From the NCBI GenBank assembly GCA_963674595.2, contig CAXXFV010000016.1, positions 64,001 through 128,000 of the forward strand: a DNA stretch of 64,000 nt, given 5' to 3'. Source of the stretch: a bacterium. GTDB lineage: Bacteria; Zhuqueibacterota; Zhuqueibacteria; Residuimicrobiales; Krinioviventaceae. The notes beneath the pieces are model-generated. The model did not search any database. It had not been told where the DNA came from and worked only from the letters and a program-made list of their open reading frames with translations. Shown piece after piece: positions 1-10,130 of this stretch (position 1 is its first letter; each line of letters starts with the position of its first letter). The translations under genes and the position numbers were made by a program.

Positions 1-2
1 GG

Positions 3-1106
3 CCCACTGTTGCTGAAATAGATCTGACAGCCATTGCTAACAATATAAAGGCGATTTGTAGTAAAGTTTCTCCGGCAAAAGTTATGGCAGTTGTAAAAGC
101 GGATGCCTATGGGCATGGTGCGGTCCAGGTGGCCAAAGTGGCCCTGAAGAATGGCGCTTCTTCATTGGGAGTTTCATGTGTTGAAGAGGGCATTGAACTC
201 CGAAAAGGCGGGATTACAGAACCTATCCTTATTTTTAGCGGCGTCAGTTTAAATCACGCAGAAATGTATTTACAGAATGATCTTGAAGCCACCCTTTATA
301 CAAAACAGGATTTACAAAATTTAAAAAAGACGATTCAACGTATTGGTAAAAGGGCAACTGTTCATATAAATATCGATACCGGAATGGGACGGGTCGGTAT
401 TAACTGGTCTGAAGCTGTTCCTTTTATCGAACAACTGATGTCCGAGGAAAATATAGAAATTAAAGGTTTATACTCTCATTTTGCCACATCAGACCATATG
501 GATAAAAGTTATGCTTACCTGCAGTTGTCCCGGTTTAAAAATGTTGTTTCAGCGCTGGAAGAAAAAAATATTCACATCCCCTGTAAACACATTGCAAACA
601 GCGGAGCGGTGCTTGATATCCCTGAAGCCGATTTTGATATGGTGCGACCGGGTATATTGATTTATGGATATTTCCCTTCATTAACGACTTTTGAAAGTAT
701 TAAAATTGAACCGGCAATGACTTTTAAAACACAGGTGTTATATATTAAAAAACTCGGACGCGGAGAAAGCGTTAGTTATGGTCGTATTTTTATTTCAGAT
801 AAAGATACGGAAATTGCAACCATGCCGGTTGGTTATGCGGACGGTTATAATAGACTGTTGTCGAACAAGGGAGAGGTTTTAATTAATGGTAAAAAATTTC
901 CTGTTGTCGGCAGGGTTTGTATGGATTTGATCATGGTTGATCTCGGATTGGACCATGATGTTAAAATAGGGGACGACGTTATATTATTTGGTAAACAGAA
1001 CACGGAAGAGATAACCGTTCGTTCAATTTGTGAAAAATGCAATACGATCCCTTATGAGGTGACCTGTTGGGTATCGGGACGTGTTCCGCGAATTTATAAA
1101 AATTAG
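3..1106 (+). CDS. alr: Alanine racemase (5' end lies before the window)
   Basis: AVVKADAYGHG PLP-lysine motif, HINIDTGMGRVG, VRPGI, VGYADG, GRVCMD, TIPYEV. The frame is open upstream of the track's Met (PTVAEIDL...) to the window edge. Confidence 0.97.
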   Translation, partial: PTVAEIDLTAIANNIKAICSKVSPAKVMAVVKADAYGHGAVQVAKVALKNGASSLGVSCVEEGIELRKGGITEPILIFSGVSLNHAEMYLQNDLEATLYTKQDLQNLKKTIQRIGKRATVHINIDTGMGRVGINWSEAVPFIEQLMSEENIEIKGLYSHFATSDHMDKSYAYLQLSRFKNVVSALEEKNIHIPCKHIANSGAVLDIPEADFDMVRPGILIYGYFPSLTTFESIKIEPAMTFKTQVLYIKKLGRGESVSYGRIFISDKDTEIATMPVGYADGYNRLLSNKGEVLINGKKFPVVGRVCMDLIMVDLGLDHDVKIGDDVILFGKQNTEEITVRSICEKCNTIPYEVTCWVSGRVPRIYKN

Positions 1107-1115
1107 AGAGGCTGC

Positions 1116-2621
1116 ATGAGTCAGGAAAATAATCAGGATTTTAATGAAGTTATTAAAGTCCGACATGAGAAATTAGCTCAGTTAAAAGAGAATAATGTAA
1201 ATCCATTCAGCTATTCCTTTGAGCGTACCCATTCTGCTGTTGAGATACAAGAGAAATTTGAAGAGTTGGAAGAAAAAGATGTGTCGATTGCCGGAAGAAT
1301 GATGTCTTTGAGACGAATGGGTAAAGCATCTTTTGCGCATATTATGGATGCATCCGGGCGTATTCAGGTCTACATTCGTCAGGACCTGGTTGGCGAGGAT
1401 GCTTATGCTGTTTTTAAACTTGCCGATATCGGCGATTTTATTGGTTTAAAGGGTAAAGTAGTTAAAACCAAAACCGGTGAAATCACTATTATGGCATCAT
1501 ATTTTGAAATGTTGACCAAAAATATGCGGCCGCTGCCGATTGTTAAAGAAAAAGAAGAGGACGGTAAAAAAGTCACTTTTGATGCTTTTTCAGACACGGA
1601 AATGCGTTATCGTCAGCGTTATGTGGACCTGGTTGTTAATCCGGACGTTCGCGAGGTTTTTGTAAAACGGTCAAAAATAATTTCCGCCATGAGAAGCTAT
1701 CTGGATTCCAAAGGATACCTGGAAGTTGAAACACCGGTTTTACAGCCGATTTATGGTGGCGCATCCGCACGGCCTTTTACGACCCACCATAACGCCCTGG
1801 ACATGACTTTATATATGCGTATTGCCGATGAACTTTATCTAAAACGACTTATTGTCGGCGGATACGAAGGCGTTTATGAAATTAGTAAAGATTTTCGTAA
1901 TGAGGGAATTGACCGGACCCATAATCCGGAATTTACCATGATGGAAATCTATATTGCTTATAAAGATTATTATTTTCTGATGGATCTGGTTGAGGATATG
2001 GTCAATCACATTGCAATGAAAGTTTTGGGAACGACCAAAGTATCCTTTCAGGGTACGGAAATAGACCTTAAAGGACCGTGGCCGCGTTTGCCTCTTTTTG
2101 ATGCTTTGCAAAAGTATACCGGCATGGACCTTTCCGAAAAATCCAGAGATGAGCTGATGGCTGCCGCAAAACAATTGCATGTGGAAACAGAGTCCTTTTG
2201 GGACAGTGGAAAGATTCTGGATGAAATTTTCAGCGAAAAAGTTGAACCAAACCTGATCCAGCCTGTATTTATTTGTGATTATCCGGTTGAATTATCACCT
2301 TTGGCAAAAAGACACAGAGACAATCCAAAACTTACGGAAAGATTTGAACCCTATATTGCCGGAAGGGAAATAGGCAATGCATTTTCAGAATTAAACGATC
2401 CCATTGACCAAAGACAACGATTTGAAAAACAGGTTGCCATGCGTGAAGCCGGTGATGATGAAGCCCAAATGCTGGATGAAGATTTTTTACGCGCCCTGGA
2501 ATATGGAATGCCGCCGACAGCCGGTTTGGGAATGGGTGTCGACCGCCTGGTAATGCTTTTGACTAATTCGGCTTCAATTCGTGACGTTATACTTTTCCCA
2601 ACAATGAGACCGGAAAAATAG
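1116..2621 (+). CDS. lysS: Lysine--tRNA ligase (class II)
   Basis: OB-fold [56 protein letters not shown]. Confidence 0.98.
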   Translation: MSQENNQDFNEVIKVRHEKLAQLKENNVNPFSYSFERTHSAVEIQEKFEELEEKDVSIAGRMMSLRRMGKASFAHIMDASGRIQVYIRQDLVGEDAYAVFKLADIGDFIGLKGKVVKTKTGEITIMASYFEMLTKNMRPLPIVKEKEEDGKKVTFDAFSDTEMRYRQRYVDLVVNPDVREVFVKRSKIISAMRSYLDSKGYLEVETPVLQPIYGGASARPFTTHHNALDMTLYMRIADELYLKRLIVGGYEGVYEISKDFRNEGIDRTHNPEFTMMEIYIAYKDYYFLMDLVEDMVNHIAMKVLGTTKVSFQGTEIDLKGPWPRLPLFDALQKYTGMDLSEKSRDELMAAAKQLHVETESFWDSGKILDEIFSEKVEPNLIQPVFICDYPVELSPLAKRHRDNPKLTERFEPYIAGREIGNAFSELNDPIDQRQRFEKQVAMREAGDDEAQMLDEDFLRALEYGMPPTAGLGMGVDRLVMLLTNSASIRDVILFPTMRPEK

Positions 2622-2622
2622 A

Positions 2623-3846
2623 ATGTCCTATGAATTACAGATAGCACTTCGGGTATTAAGGTCCAAACAGCGGTCCGGTTTTATTTCATTTATTACCTAT
2701 ATTTCAATTGCCGGTGTGGCTATTGGTGTGGCTGCCCTCATCATAATCGTTGCGGTGATGAATGGTTATGAAACCGAGGTCCAGAACCGTTTGATCAGTA
2801 TTGACGCCCATGTTCGTGTGCGTACTTTTCATGATCGGGGCATTGAAAATTACCAGAATAGTATGAAAGAAGTTTCTTCCATTCCGCATATAAAGGCTAT
2901 TACCCCTTATATCTTTGGTAAAGGACTGATTTTATCCTCAAAAACATCGACCGAAGTTTTAATCAGAGGAATTGAGCCGGAGACTGCCAATTCTGTAATT
3001 GATATCTCCCAGGCCATTATTGACGGTGGTTTTAATTTTAACAATGAAGAGAAATTAAAAGGAGTCTTGGTCGGTCATGTTCTGGCGGGAAAGTTGGCGG
3101 TTACGGTAGGCGACACGATAAAAATTGCCAGCTTAACAGGCGTATCTGAAGTCGGTCCGACGATACCCAATTTAATGGCATTTCAGGTCACGGGAATTGT
3201 AAAAACCGGGCTTTATGAATTTGATAATACCTATGTTTTTCTTTCGGTTTCATCTTCTCAACGTTTGTTTAATATGCCCAACAAGGTTACAGGACTGGAA
3301 CTGAAACTTGATAATGTCAGCTTTTCCGAACAGGTTGCCCAGGCTGTCCGGGACAAAATGGGTTATCCTTACCATGCCCTGACATGGTATGATATGAATG
3401 CTCCCCTGTTTTCATGGTATAAAATGCAAAAAATGGCAGGAATTATCATTCTCGGTTTGATTATAATGGTTGCGGCGTTTAACATTATCAGCACCTTGAT
3501 TATGGTAACCATGGAAAAGAAAAAAGAGATTGGTATTCTCAAAGCATTGGGAGCGCCGTCAAAAAGTATCTGGCGGATTTTTGCCATCGAAGGATTTATC
3601 ATCGGTACTGTAGGCACAATTTTGGGCGCTGCCATCGGCCTTTTATTGTGCTGGGTCCAATATCATTTTCAGGTTATATCTTTACCCCAGGATGTTTATA
3701 TAATCGGCTGGCTTCCTATTGATGTGGACATGGTCGGCCTTGTTCAGGTTTGTGTTGTTGCTATCTTGCTTACTTTTATTGCTGCTCTATACCCGGCTGT
3801 TCTTGCCGCCAAATTAAACCCTGTAGACGCCATTCGTTATGAATGA
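2623..3846 (+). CDS. lolC: Lipoprotein-releasing ABC permease, LolC/LolE family (copy 1)
   Basis: GFISFITYISIAGVAIGVAALII, VAAFNIISTLIM, KKKEIGILKALGA, YPA..AAKLNPVDAIRYE; next to lolD. Confidence 0.85.
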   Translation: MSYELQIALRVLRSKQRSGFISFITYISIAGVAIGVAALIIIVAVMNGYETEVQNRLISIDAHVRVRTFHDRGIENYQNSMKEVSSIPHIKAITPYIFGKGLILSSKTSTEVLIRGIEPETANSVIDISQAIIDGGFNFNNEEKLKGVLVGHVLAGKLAVTVGDTIKIASLTGVSEVGPTIPNLMAFQVTGIVKTGLYEFDNTYVFLSVSSSQRLFNMPNKVTGLELKLDNVSFSEQVAQAVRDKMGYPYHALTWYDMNAPLFSWYKMQKMAGIIILGLIIMVAAFNIISTLIMVTMEKKKEIGILKALGAPSKSIWRIFAIEGFIIGTVGTILGAAIGLLLCWVQYHFQVISLPQDVYIIGWLPIDVDMVGLVQVCVVAILLTFIAALYPAVLAAKLNPVDAIRYE

Positions 3847-3864
3847 TTTGGAGAGAATTTAATA

Positions 3865-5100
3865 ATGTCTTTTGAATTTTTTATCGCTTTACGCTATCTC
3901 AAATCAAAACAAAGAACAGGGTTTATTTCTCTCATTACAATTATTTCTCTTGCCGGCATTGCCATTGGCGTTGCCGCCCTCACCATTACCTTATCCATAT
4001 TAAACGGTTTTGAACATGAAGTCAGGATGCGGTTTATAGGTGTTAATGCGCATGTAAAAATAAATGATGTCCATGATAACGGATTTGATGATTATAATGA
4101 CATCATGTCTGATATTAAATCCGTTCCGAATATTGTTGCTATGGCGCCCTATGTTCAGGAACGGGCCCTGATCAAATCTCAGGAAACATCTACAGGAATC
4201 CTTGTACACGGTATTGATCCTGAAAAAAGTGAACAGGTCCTTGATCTGAAAAAGAATATAAATTTTGGTGAAATGAATGTGGGACCCATTCCTGATGACC
4301 AGGGAAAAACACTTCCGGGAATTATTCTGGGATTCAACCTTGCTGACCGGTTGATGGTTACCCTGGGAGATGTGGTAACAATTTACAGTTATTCGGGAAT
4401 TAAAAGAATCAGCCAGCACCCCTATATGAAACAATTTCGTGTGGCCGGCTATTTTGAAACCGGCTTGTTCGAGTTTGATGACAATATGGCCTATATTTCT
4501 TTGTCGCCCGCTCAGGACATTTTTCGCATGGGAGATAAAGTTAGCGGTGTAGAGATCAGGGTTAATGGTTATGAAAAAGCCAGAAAAGTTGCTGAAAATA
4601 TCAGGCCGCTGCTTTCTAAAGAGCGACAGGTTTTGACCTGGTTTGATATGAACCAGAATTTATTTGGCGCGATGGAGCTGGAAAAATGGGCGGCATTTAT
4701 TATTCTCAGTTTGATCATTACGGTTGCCGCATTTAATATTGCATCTACCATGAGTATGGTAACCATGGAAAAAACCAGAGATATTGGTGTTTTAAAATCT
4801 ATGGGGGCCGATTCATCCAGTATTCAAAAAATATTTACCTTTGAAGGTTTGGTGGTTGGAATAGGAGGGACCCTAATCGGGATTTTGGTTGGATTTATAT
4901 TATGCTGGATGCAAGTAAAGTTCAAATTTTTTGCGTTACCTAACGAGTATATAGTTGATTATATGCCGGTTATTATTCAATGGACCGATTTTATATCTGT
5001 TGCAATTGCATCCATTATTATTAGCATTGTTTCTACTGTATATCCGGCTTTTAAAGCAGCAAAATGGGACCCGGTTGAAGCTATTAGACATGAAAAATAA
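3865..5100 (+). CDS. lolE: Lipoprotein-releasing ABC permease, LolC/LolE family (copy 2)
   Basis: Paralog of the upstream gene with the same TM motifs (VAAFNIAST, DIGVLKSMGA, YPAFKAA..DPVEAIR). The lolC versus lolE label is arbitrary. Confidence 0.83.
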   Translation: MSFEFFIALRYLKSKQRTGFISLITIISLAGIAIGVAALTITLSILNGFEHEVRMRFIGVNAHVKINDVHDNGFDDYNDIMSDIKSVPNIVAMAPYVQERALIKSQETSTGILVHGIDPEKSEQVLDLKKNINFGEMNVGPIPDDQGKTLPGIILGFNLADRLMVTLGDVVTIYSYSGIKRISQHPYMKQFRVAGYFETGLFEFDDNMAYISLSPAQDIFRMGDKVSGVEIRVNGYEKARKVAENIRPLLSKERQVLTWFDMNQNLFGAMELEKWAAFIILSLIITVAAFNIASTMSMVTMEKTRDIGVLKSMGADSSSIQKIFTFEGLVVGIGGTLIGILVGFILCWMQVKFKFFALPNEYIVDYMPVIIQWTDFISVAIASIIISIVSTVYPAFKAAKWDPVEAIRHEK

Positions 5101-5183
5101 AGAGAGTCTGTTTTGCTGAAATCTCTAGTGTTGCAATTTATAAGATCGATGATTATATTTTAAAAATTTTAAATGTGGAAAGC

Positions 5184-5864
5184 ATGAAAATTATTTGTCA
5201 AACTGAAAATCTGGTTAAAAATTATCCCATGGGAAAGGACGATGTTGTTCATGTTCTCCATGGTGTTGATCTTGAGATAAATGAAGGTGAAATAATAGCT
5301 GTTGTAGGTCCTTCCGGTGTTGGAAAAAGTACATTGCTTCACATCCTAGGAGCTCTGGACCGCCCGACTTCCGGCAGCGTTAAAATTGATAATATGGATA
5401 TTTTTTCCTATGATGATGTCAAGTTGGCACGGATAAGAAACCAGACAGTTGGATTTGTTTTTCAATCCCATCATCTGTTACCAGAGTTTTCAGCTTTGGA
5501 AAATGTTATGATGCCGGGATTAATTCGGCGACAGGATGCTAACATCCTGAAACAAAAAAGTTACGATCTTTTAAAGGAAGTAGGCCTGGAGCACCGGGTG
5601 CAGCACAGACCGGCTGAGCTTTCCGGTGGAGAACAACAACGGGTTGCTGTTGCCAGGGCTCTTTTTAATAACCCGAGAATGGTGTTGGCGGATGAACCCA
5701 CCGGTAATTTGGATACGAAAACCGCAGACGCTTTGCACAATCTGTTATGGAAGATAAGCCGCGATCATCGTCAAACACTTGTTATTGTAACTCATAATCA
5801 GGAACTGGCAAAAAAAGCTGATCGCGTTATTGAATTAAACAATGGCCGGATTACAAGTGCTTGA
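5184..5864 (+). CDS. lolD: Lipoprotein-releasing ABC ATPase
   Basis: Walker [57 protein letters not shown] at 5184 preferred over GTG at 5175. Confidence 0.92.
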   Translation: MKIICQTENLVKNYPMGKDDVVHVLHGVDLEINEGEIIAVVGPSGVGKSTLLHILGALDRPTSGSVKIDNMDIFSYDDVKLARIRNQTVGFVFQSHHLLPEFSALENVMMPGLIRRQDANILKQKSYDLLKEVGLEHRVQHRPAELSGGEQQRVAVARALFNNPRMVLADEPTGNLDTKTADALHNLLWKISRDHRQTLVIVTHNQELAKKADRVIELNNGRITSA

Positions 5865-6190
5865 TAAATATGTTTATGGCATAGAATTTGTTAAAGTTAT
5901 AAGTGAACGAGATAGTTCTTTTGATGAAAACGGTGTAACTGATTGAAAATATTAATATTTTGTTTTTATTGAGAAATGCAGCATGAACCATCTTGTCACC
6001 AAAATAGTTCAAATTGTCTTAAAAGATTAAAACTATGACAATTTGGCAATGTCAAATTTTTTTGGAACAATTAGACATTGATCTCTTGTTATAAAAATTG
6101 AAGACAAAAGAATTGTTTTGAAAAATAAAAAGTTTAATGATTTATAAGGTAGAGCAGAATTTATGAATAAATTGCTTCCAGGAGCCTATA

Positions 6191-8644
6191 ATGAAGAATA
6201 ATTTTTCCAGTCGAGTACAAATGGTCATTCAATTCGCCCGTGATGAAGCATTACGATTAGGTCACGACTATATCGGTACGGAGCATTTACTTTTAGGGTT
6301 GATTCGTGAAGGCGAAGGTATTGCAATTGAAATCTTGCACTCTTTGGGATGTGATCTTGATGAAATCAAGGGAGCTGTTGAAGATGCGGGAAGAGCATCC
6401 GGTGATACCATGACAATTGGAAATATACCGTTTACAAAACGAGCAGAGAAAATATTAAAAAGTGCCTATGTAGAGGCCGATCGACACAAATCAGATATTA
6501 TTGGAACAGAGCATTTATTGCTGGCACTTGTTAAAGAAAAAGAAGGGCTTGCCGCTCAAATACTCAAGAGTTTTGGTGTAACGTATGAATCTGTTACAGA
6601 AGAGTTTGAAAGAATTATGCAGGGAAATCCTGCTGCCCAGGCAACGGCAGAAAGCTCCCAGATCAAATCTCAAACACCGGCTCTTGATCACTTTGGTCGT
6701 GAATTAACAGAGATGGCCAAAAAAGGTGAACTTGATCCGATTATTGGCAGAGAATTAGAAATACAAAGAGTTGCCCAAATATTAAGCCGACGGAAAAAGA
6801 ATAATCCGGTATTGATCGGTGAACCGGGTGTTGGTAAAACAGCTATTGCCGAGGGTTTGGCGCTTCGTATCGTTGAGAAAAAGGTACCGAGAATTTTACA
6901 TAATAAACGTGTTGTTACTTTAGATCTTGGCGCACTTGTTGCCGGAACAAAATATCGCGGTCAGTTTGAAGAACGTATGAAAGCCATTATGAATGAACTG
7001 ATCAAATCCAAAGATATTATATTATTCATTGATGAATTACATACAATTGTCGGGGCTGGTGGTGCTTCGGGTTCTTTGGATGCTTCAAACATGTTTAAGC
7101 CGGCACTTTCCAGAGGTGAGTTACAATGTATCGGTGCAACAACCTTGGATGAATATCGTCAGTTTATCGAAAAGGATGGCGCATTGGAACGTCGTTTCCA
7201 AAAAGTTATGGTAGACCAGCCTTCTCTGGATGAAACTTTTGATATCGTTCGCGGCCTTCAAAATCGATACGAGAGTCACCACAGAGTCAAGTTCACGAAA
7301 GAGGCTGTTGATGCTATCGTAACCTTGTCTGACAGATATATTTCAGACCGGTATCAGCCGGATAAATCCATAGATGTTATGGACGAAGCAGGAGCACGTG
7401 TCCATTTGGCAAATATTGTAATTCCTAAAGATATTACAGAGCTTGAAACTGACATTAAAAAAATTCGTGGGGAAAAGGATGCTGTTGTCAGATCACAAAA
7501 TTTTGAAATGGCAGCAACATTACGAGATAAAGAGAAAACACTTATAAAAAAACTTGAAGATAAGAAACAACAGTGGAATGATGAACAGGATGAATCCTTT
7601 GCCACAGCTACTGAAGAAGATGTAGCCGACGTTGTTTCCATGATGACGGGAATACCTGTAAATCGTGTTGCTCAGTCGGAATCCGACAGACTTTTAAAGA
7701 TGAGTGACGAGTTAAAACAACGTGTTGTCGGCCAGGATGAAGTTATTGAAAAACTCAGTAAAGCAATTCGCCGAACAAGGGCCGGATTAAAAGATCCGAA
7801 CCGCCCCATAGGTTCTTTTGTTTTCCTTGGACCGACAGGTGTCGGCAAAACATATCTTGCCAAAGAACTGGCTAAATATCTCTTTAATGATGACGATGCG
7901 CTCATACGTATCGATATGTCTGAATTTATGGAAAAGTTTTCAGTCTCCCGGTTAACAGGAGCGCCTCCCGGATATGTTGGTTATGAAGAAGGTGGTCAGC
8001 TTACTGAAAAGGTAAGAAGACATCCGTATTCTGTTGTATTGTTTGACGAATTGGAAAAAGCACATCCGGATGTTTTTAACCTGTTATTACAGGTGTTGGA
8101 TGAAGGATATGTAACCGATGGTTTGGGACGTAAGGTTGATTTCCGAAATACTGTTCTTATTATGACCAGTAACATAGGTGCCCGTGAAATTACCAAAGGC
8201 GGTGGTTTTGGATTTTCAAAAGCAGACCCGGACTCTGATTATGAAGCAATGCGCAGCCGAATTGTTGATCAGGTGAAAAATGTTTTTAATCCGGAATTTA
8301 TTAACCGTGTTGATGACATTGTCGTTTTTCGTCAGTTAGGTATGCAGGATATGGTTAAAATTATTGACCTTGTTATAGATGACATGCTGCAAAAAGTTAA
8401 AGATAGAAACATAAAAATTGAACTAACGAAAGCTGCCAAAGATTTTCTAACAGAAAACGGATTTGACCCCGTTTATGGTGCGCGACCGTTAAAAAGAATT
8501 ATTCAAAAATTTATCGAAGATCCCATTGCTGAGGAAATTTTGCGGGGAAAATTTGGTGATGGCTCCGTGATTCAGGTCAATAAAAAGGGTGAAGAACTTG
8601 ATTTTATTGAAACGGATCGTGAAGAAACAAAGTGTGATTCTTAA
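6191..8644 (+). CDS. clpC: ATP-dependent Clp protease ATP-binding subunit ClpC
   Basis: Two Clp-N repeats (GTEHLLL), GEPGVGKT and GPTGVGKT Walker A motifs, short UVR middle domain, GFGF ClpP-docking loop; RBS aggag. Confidence 0.95.
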   Translation: MKNNFSSRVQMVIQFARDEALRLGHDYIGTEHLLLGLIREGEGIAIEILHSLGCDLDEIKGAVEDAGRASGDTMTIGNIPFTKRAEKILKSAYVEADRHKSDIIGTEHLLLALVKEKEGLAAQILKSFGVTYESVTEEFERIMQGNPAAQATAESSQIKSQTPALDHFGRELTEMAKKGELDPIIGRELEIQRVAQILSRRKKNNPVLIGEPGVGKTAIAEGLALRIVEKKVPRILHNKRVVTLDLGALVAGTKYRGQFEERMKAIMNELIKSKDIILFIDELHTIVGAGGASGSLDASNMFKPALSRGELQCIGATTLDEYRQFIEKDGALERRFQKVMVDQPSLDETFDIVRGLQNRYESHHRVKFTKEAVDAIVTLSDRYISDRYQPDKSIDVMDEAGARVHLANIVIPKDITELETDIKKIRGEKDAVVRSQNFEMAATLRDKEKTLIKKLEDKKQQWNDEQDESFATATEEDVADVVSMMTGIPVNRVAQSESDRLLKMSDELKQRVVGQDEVIEKLSKAIRRTRAGLKDPNRPIGSFVFLGPTGVGKTYLAKELAKYLFNDDDALIRIDMSEFMEKFSVSRLTGAPPGYVGYEEGGQLTEKVRRHPYSVVLFDELEKAHPDVFNLLLQVLDEGYVTDGLGRKVDFRNTVLIMTSNIGAREITKGGGFGFSKADPDSDYEAMRSRIVDQVKNVFNPEFINRVDDIVVFRQLGMQDMVKIIDLVIDDMLQKVKDRNIKIELTKAAKDFLTENGFDPVYGARPLKRIIQKFIEDPIAEEILRGKFGDGSVIQVNKKGEELDFIETDREETKCDS

Positions 8645-8666
8645 CTACAGTTTTTAATATTAGAAT

Positions 8667-8700
8667 AAAAAAAATCGAGTCATTTGACTCGATTTTTTTT
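8667..8700. terminator. Bidirectional intrinsic terminator between convergent clpC and gltD
   Basis: aaaaaaaatcgagtca-t-ttgactcgatttttttt: inverted repeat with A/T tails. Confidence 0.85.
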
Positions 8701-10130
8701 TATATACCATTTAAATATCGCTCAATACCTTCCGCAACTTTTCTCCCCTGATTTATTGCCGTAACAACAAGCGATGCGCCTTTAACACAATCTCCGGCAG
8801 CAAATACACCGGGTATTGATGTCATTTGTTTGTCGTCTGTTATAATATCTCCGCGATCATTGCGTTTTAGCCCTAAATCAGATACCAGAGGGCCATGTTC
8901 CACATGGATAAAACCCATTGCCAGCAGCACCAGGTCTGCTTTGATTTCAAAATCAGAACCTGGTATTTCTTTAAATGTTCTTCTTCCATTTGTGTCGGGT
9001 TTGCTCCAGTCAATTTTTACTGCTTTGACTTTTTCCACATTTTCTTTACCGATGAATTCTTTTGTTAAAATGCTCCATTCGCGATCGCACCCTTCATCAT
9101 GGGAAGATGATGTTCGCAATATAGTCGGCCATTCCGGCCAGGGATTGTTAGATGCACGTTTTAACGGAGGTTTTGAAAGTAATTCTATTTGTTTTATATT
9201 GACGGCATTTTGGCGGATACTGGTTCCTACACAGTCTGAACCTGTGTCACCGCCTCCAATTACCAGTACGTTTTTATTTTTTGCAATGATTTCCTGATCC
9301 TTTTGAAATTTTTCACCGGCATTACGTTTATTTTGTTGCGTTAAAAAGTCCATAGCAAAATGTATTCCCTGTAATTCTCTTCCCGGTATCGGCAAATCTC
9401 TTGGTACGGTAGATCCGGTTGTTATAACGATAATATCAAAGGTCCGCTGCAAGTATTTGGCTGACATATCAACGCCGATATCAACGCTGGTTTCAAACTT
9501 GACACCTTCCTGTTCAAGTTGTTCCAAACGACGGTCAATAACCCATTTTTCAAGTTTAAAGTCCGGAATGCCATAACGAAGTATGCCGCCTAATTTATTG
9601 GAACGTTCAAATAGAATCGTTTCATGGCCATTTCGTGCCGATTGTTGAGCGGCTGCCATACCTGCCGGGCCGGAACCTATAACAGCAACTCTTTTTCCGG
9701 ATTTAAAATTGGCTGGTTCCGGTTTAATCCAACCTTCTTTCCAACCACGTTCAATAATTTGTAACTCGATATGACGAATGGTAACAGCCGGCTGGTTTAT
9801 TCCCAACGTACATGCTGCTTCGCAGGGCGCCGGGCAGATTCTTCCGGTAAATTCCGGAAAATTATCTGTCGAGTGTAACAAATCCAGTGCTTCCCGCCAT
9901 TTATTGCGATAGACCATATCATTCCAGTCGGGAATACGGTTTTGTGTCGGACAACCGTGTGCATGACAAAACGGCACACCACAATCCATACATCGGGCAG
10001 CCTGGTTTGTAATTCGGTCTGAGGAAAGCATCTGCTCAAACTCGTGATAATCTTTTATTCTTTGATTTACAAGTCGTTTTGTTGGTTCTTCTCTTGTAAA
10101 TTCTATAAAGCCTGTATGCTTACCCATCAA
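8700..10130 (-). CDS. gltD: Glutamate synthase small (beta) subunit
   Basis: RCMDCGVPFC and GRICPAPCE Fe-S motifs, GSGPAG, GGGDTGSDC. Confidence 0.96.
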   Translation of the reverse strand: MMGKHTGFIEFTREEPTKRLVNQRIKDYHEFEQMLSSDRITNQAARCMDCGVPFCHAHGCPTQNRIPDWNDMVYRNKWREALDLLHSTDNFPEFTGRICPAPCEAACTLGINQPAVTIRHIELQIIERGWKEGWIKPEPANFKSGKRVAVIGSGPAGMAAAQQSARNGHETILFERSNKLGGILRYGIPDFKLEKWVIDRRLEQLEQEGVKFETSVDIGVDMSAKYLQRTFDIIVITTGSTVPRDLPIPGRELQGIHFAMDFLTQQNKRNAGEKFQKDQEIIAKNKNVLVIGGGDTGSDCVGTSIRQNAVNIKQIELLSKPPLKRASNNPWPEWPTILRTSSSHDEGCDREWSILTKEFIGKENVEKVKAVKIDWSKPDTNGRRTFKEIPGSDFEIKADLVLLAMGFIHVEHGPLVSDLGLKRNDRGDIITDDKQMTSIPGVFAAGDCVKGASLVVTAINQGRKVAEGIERYLNGI

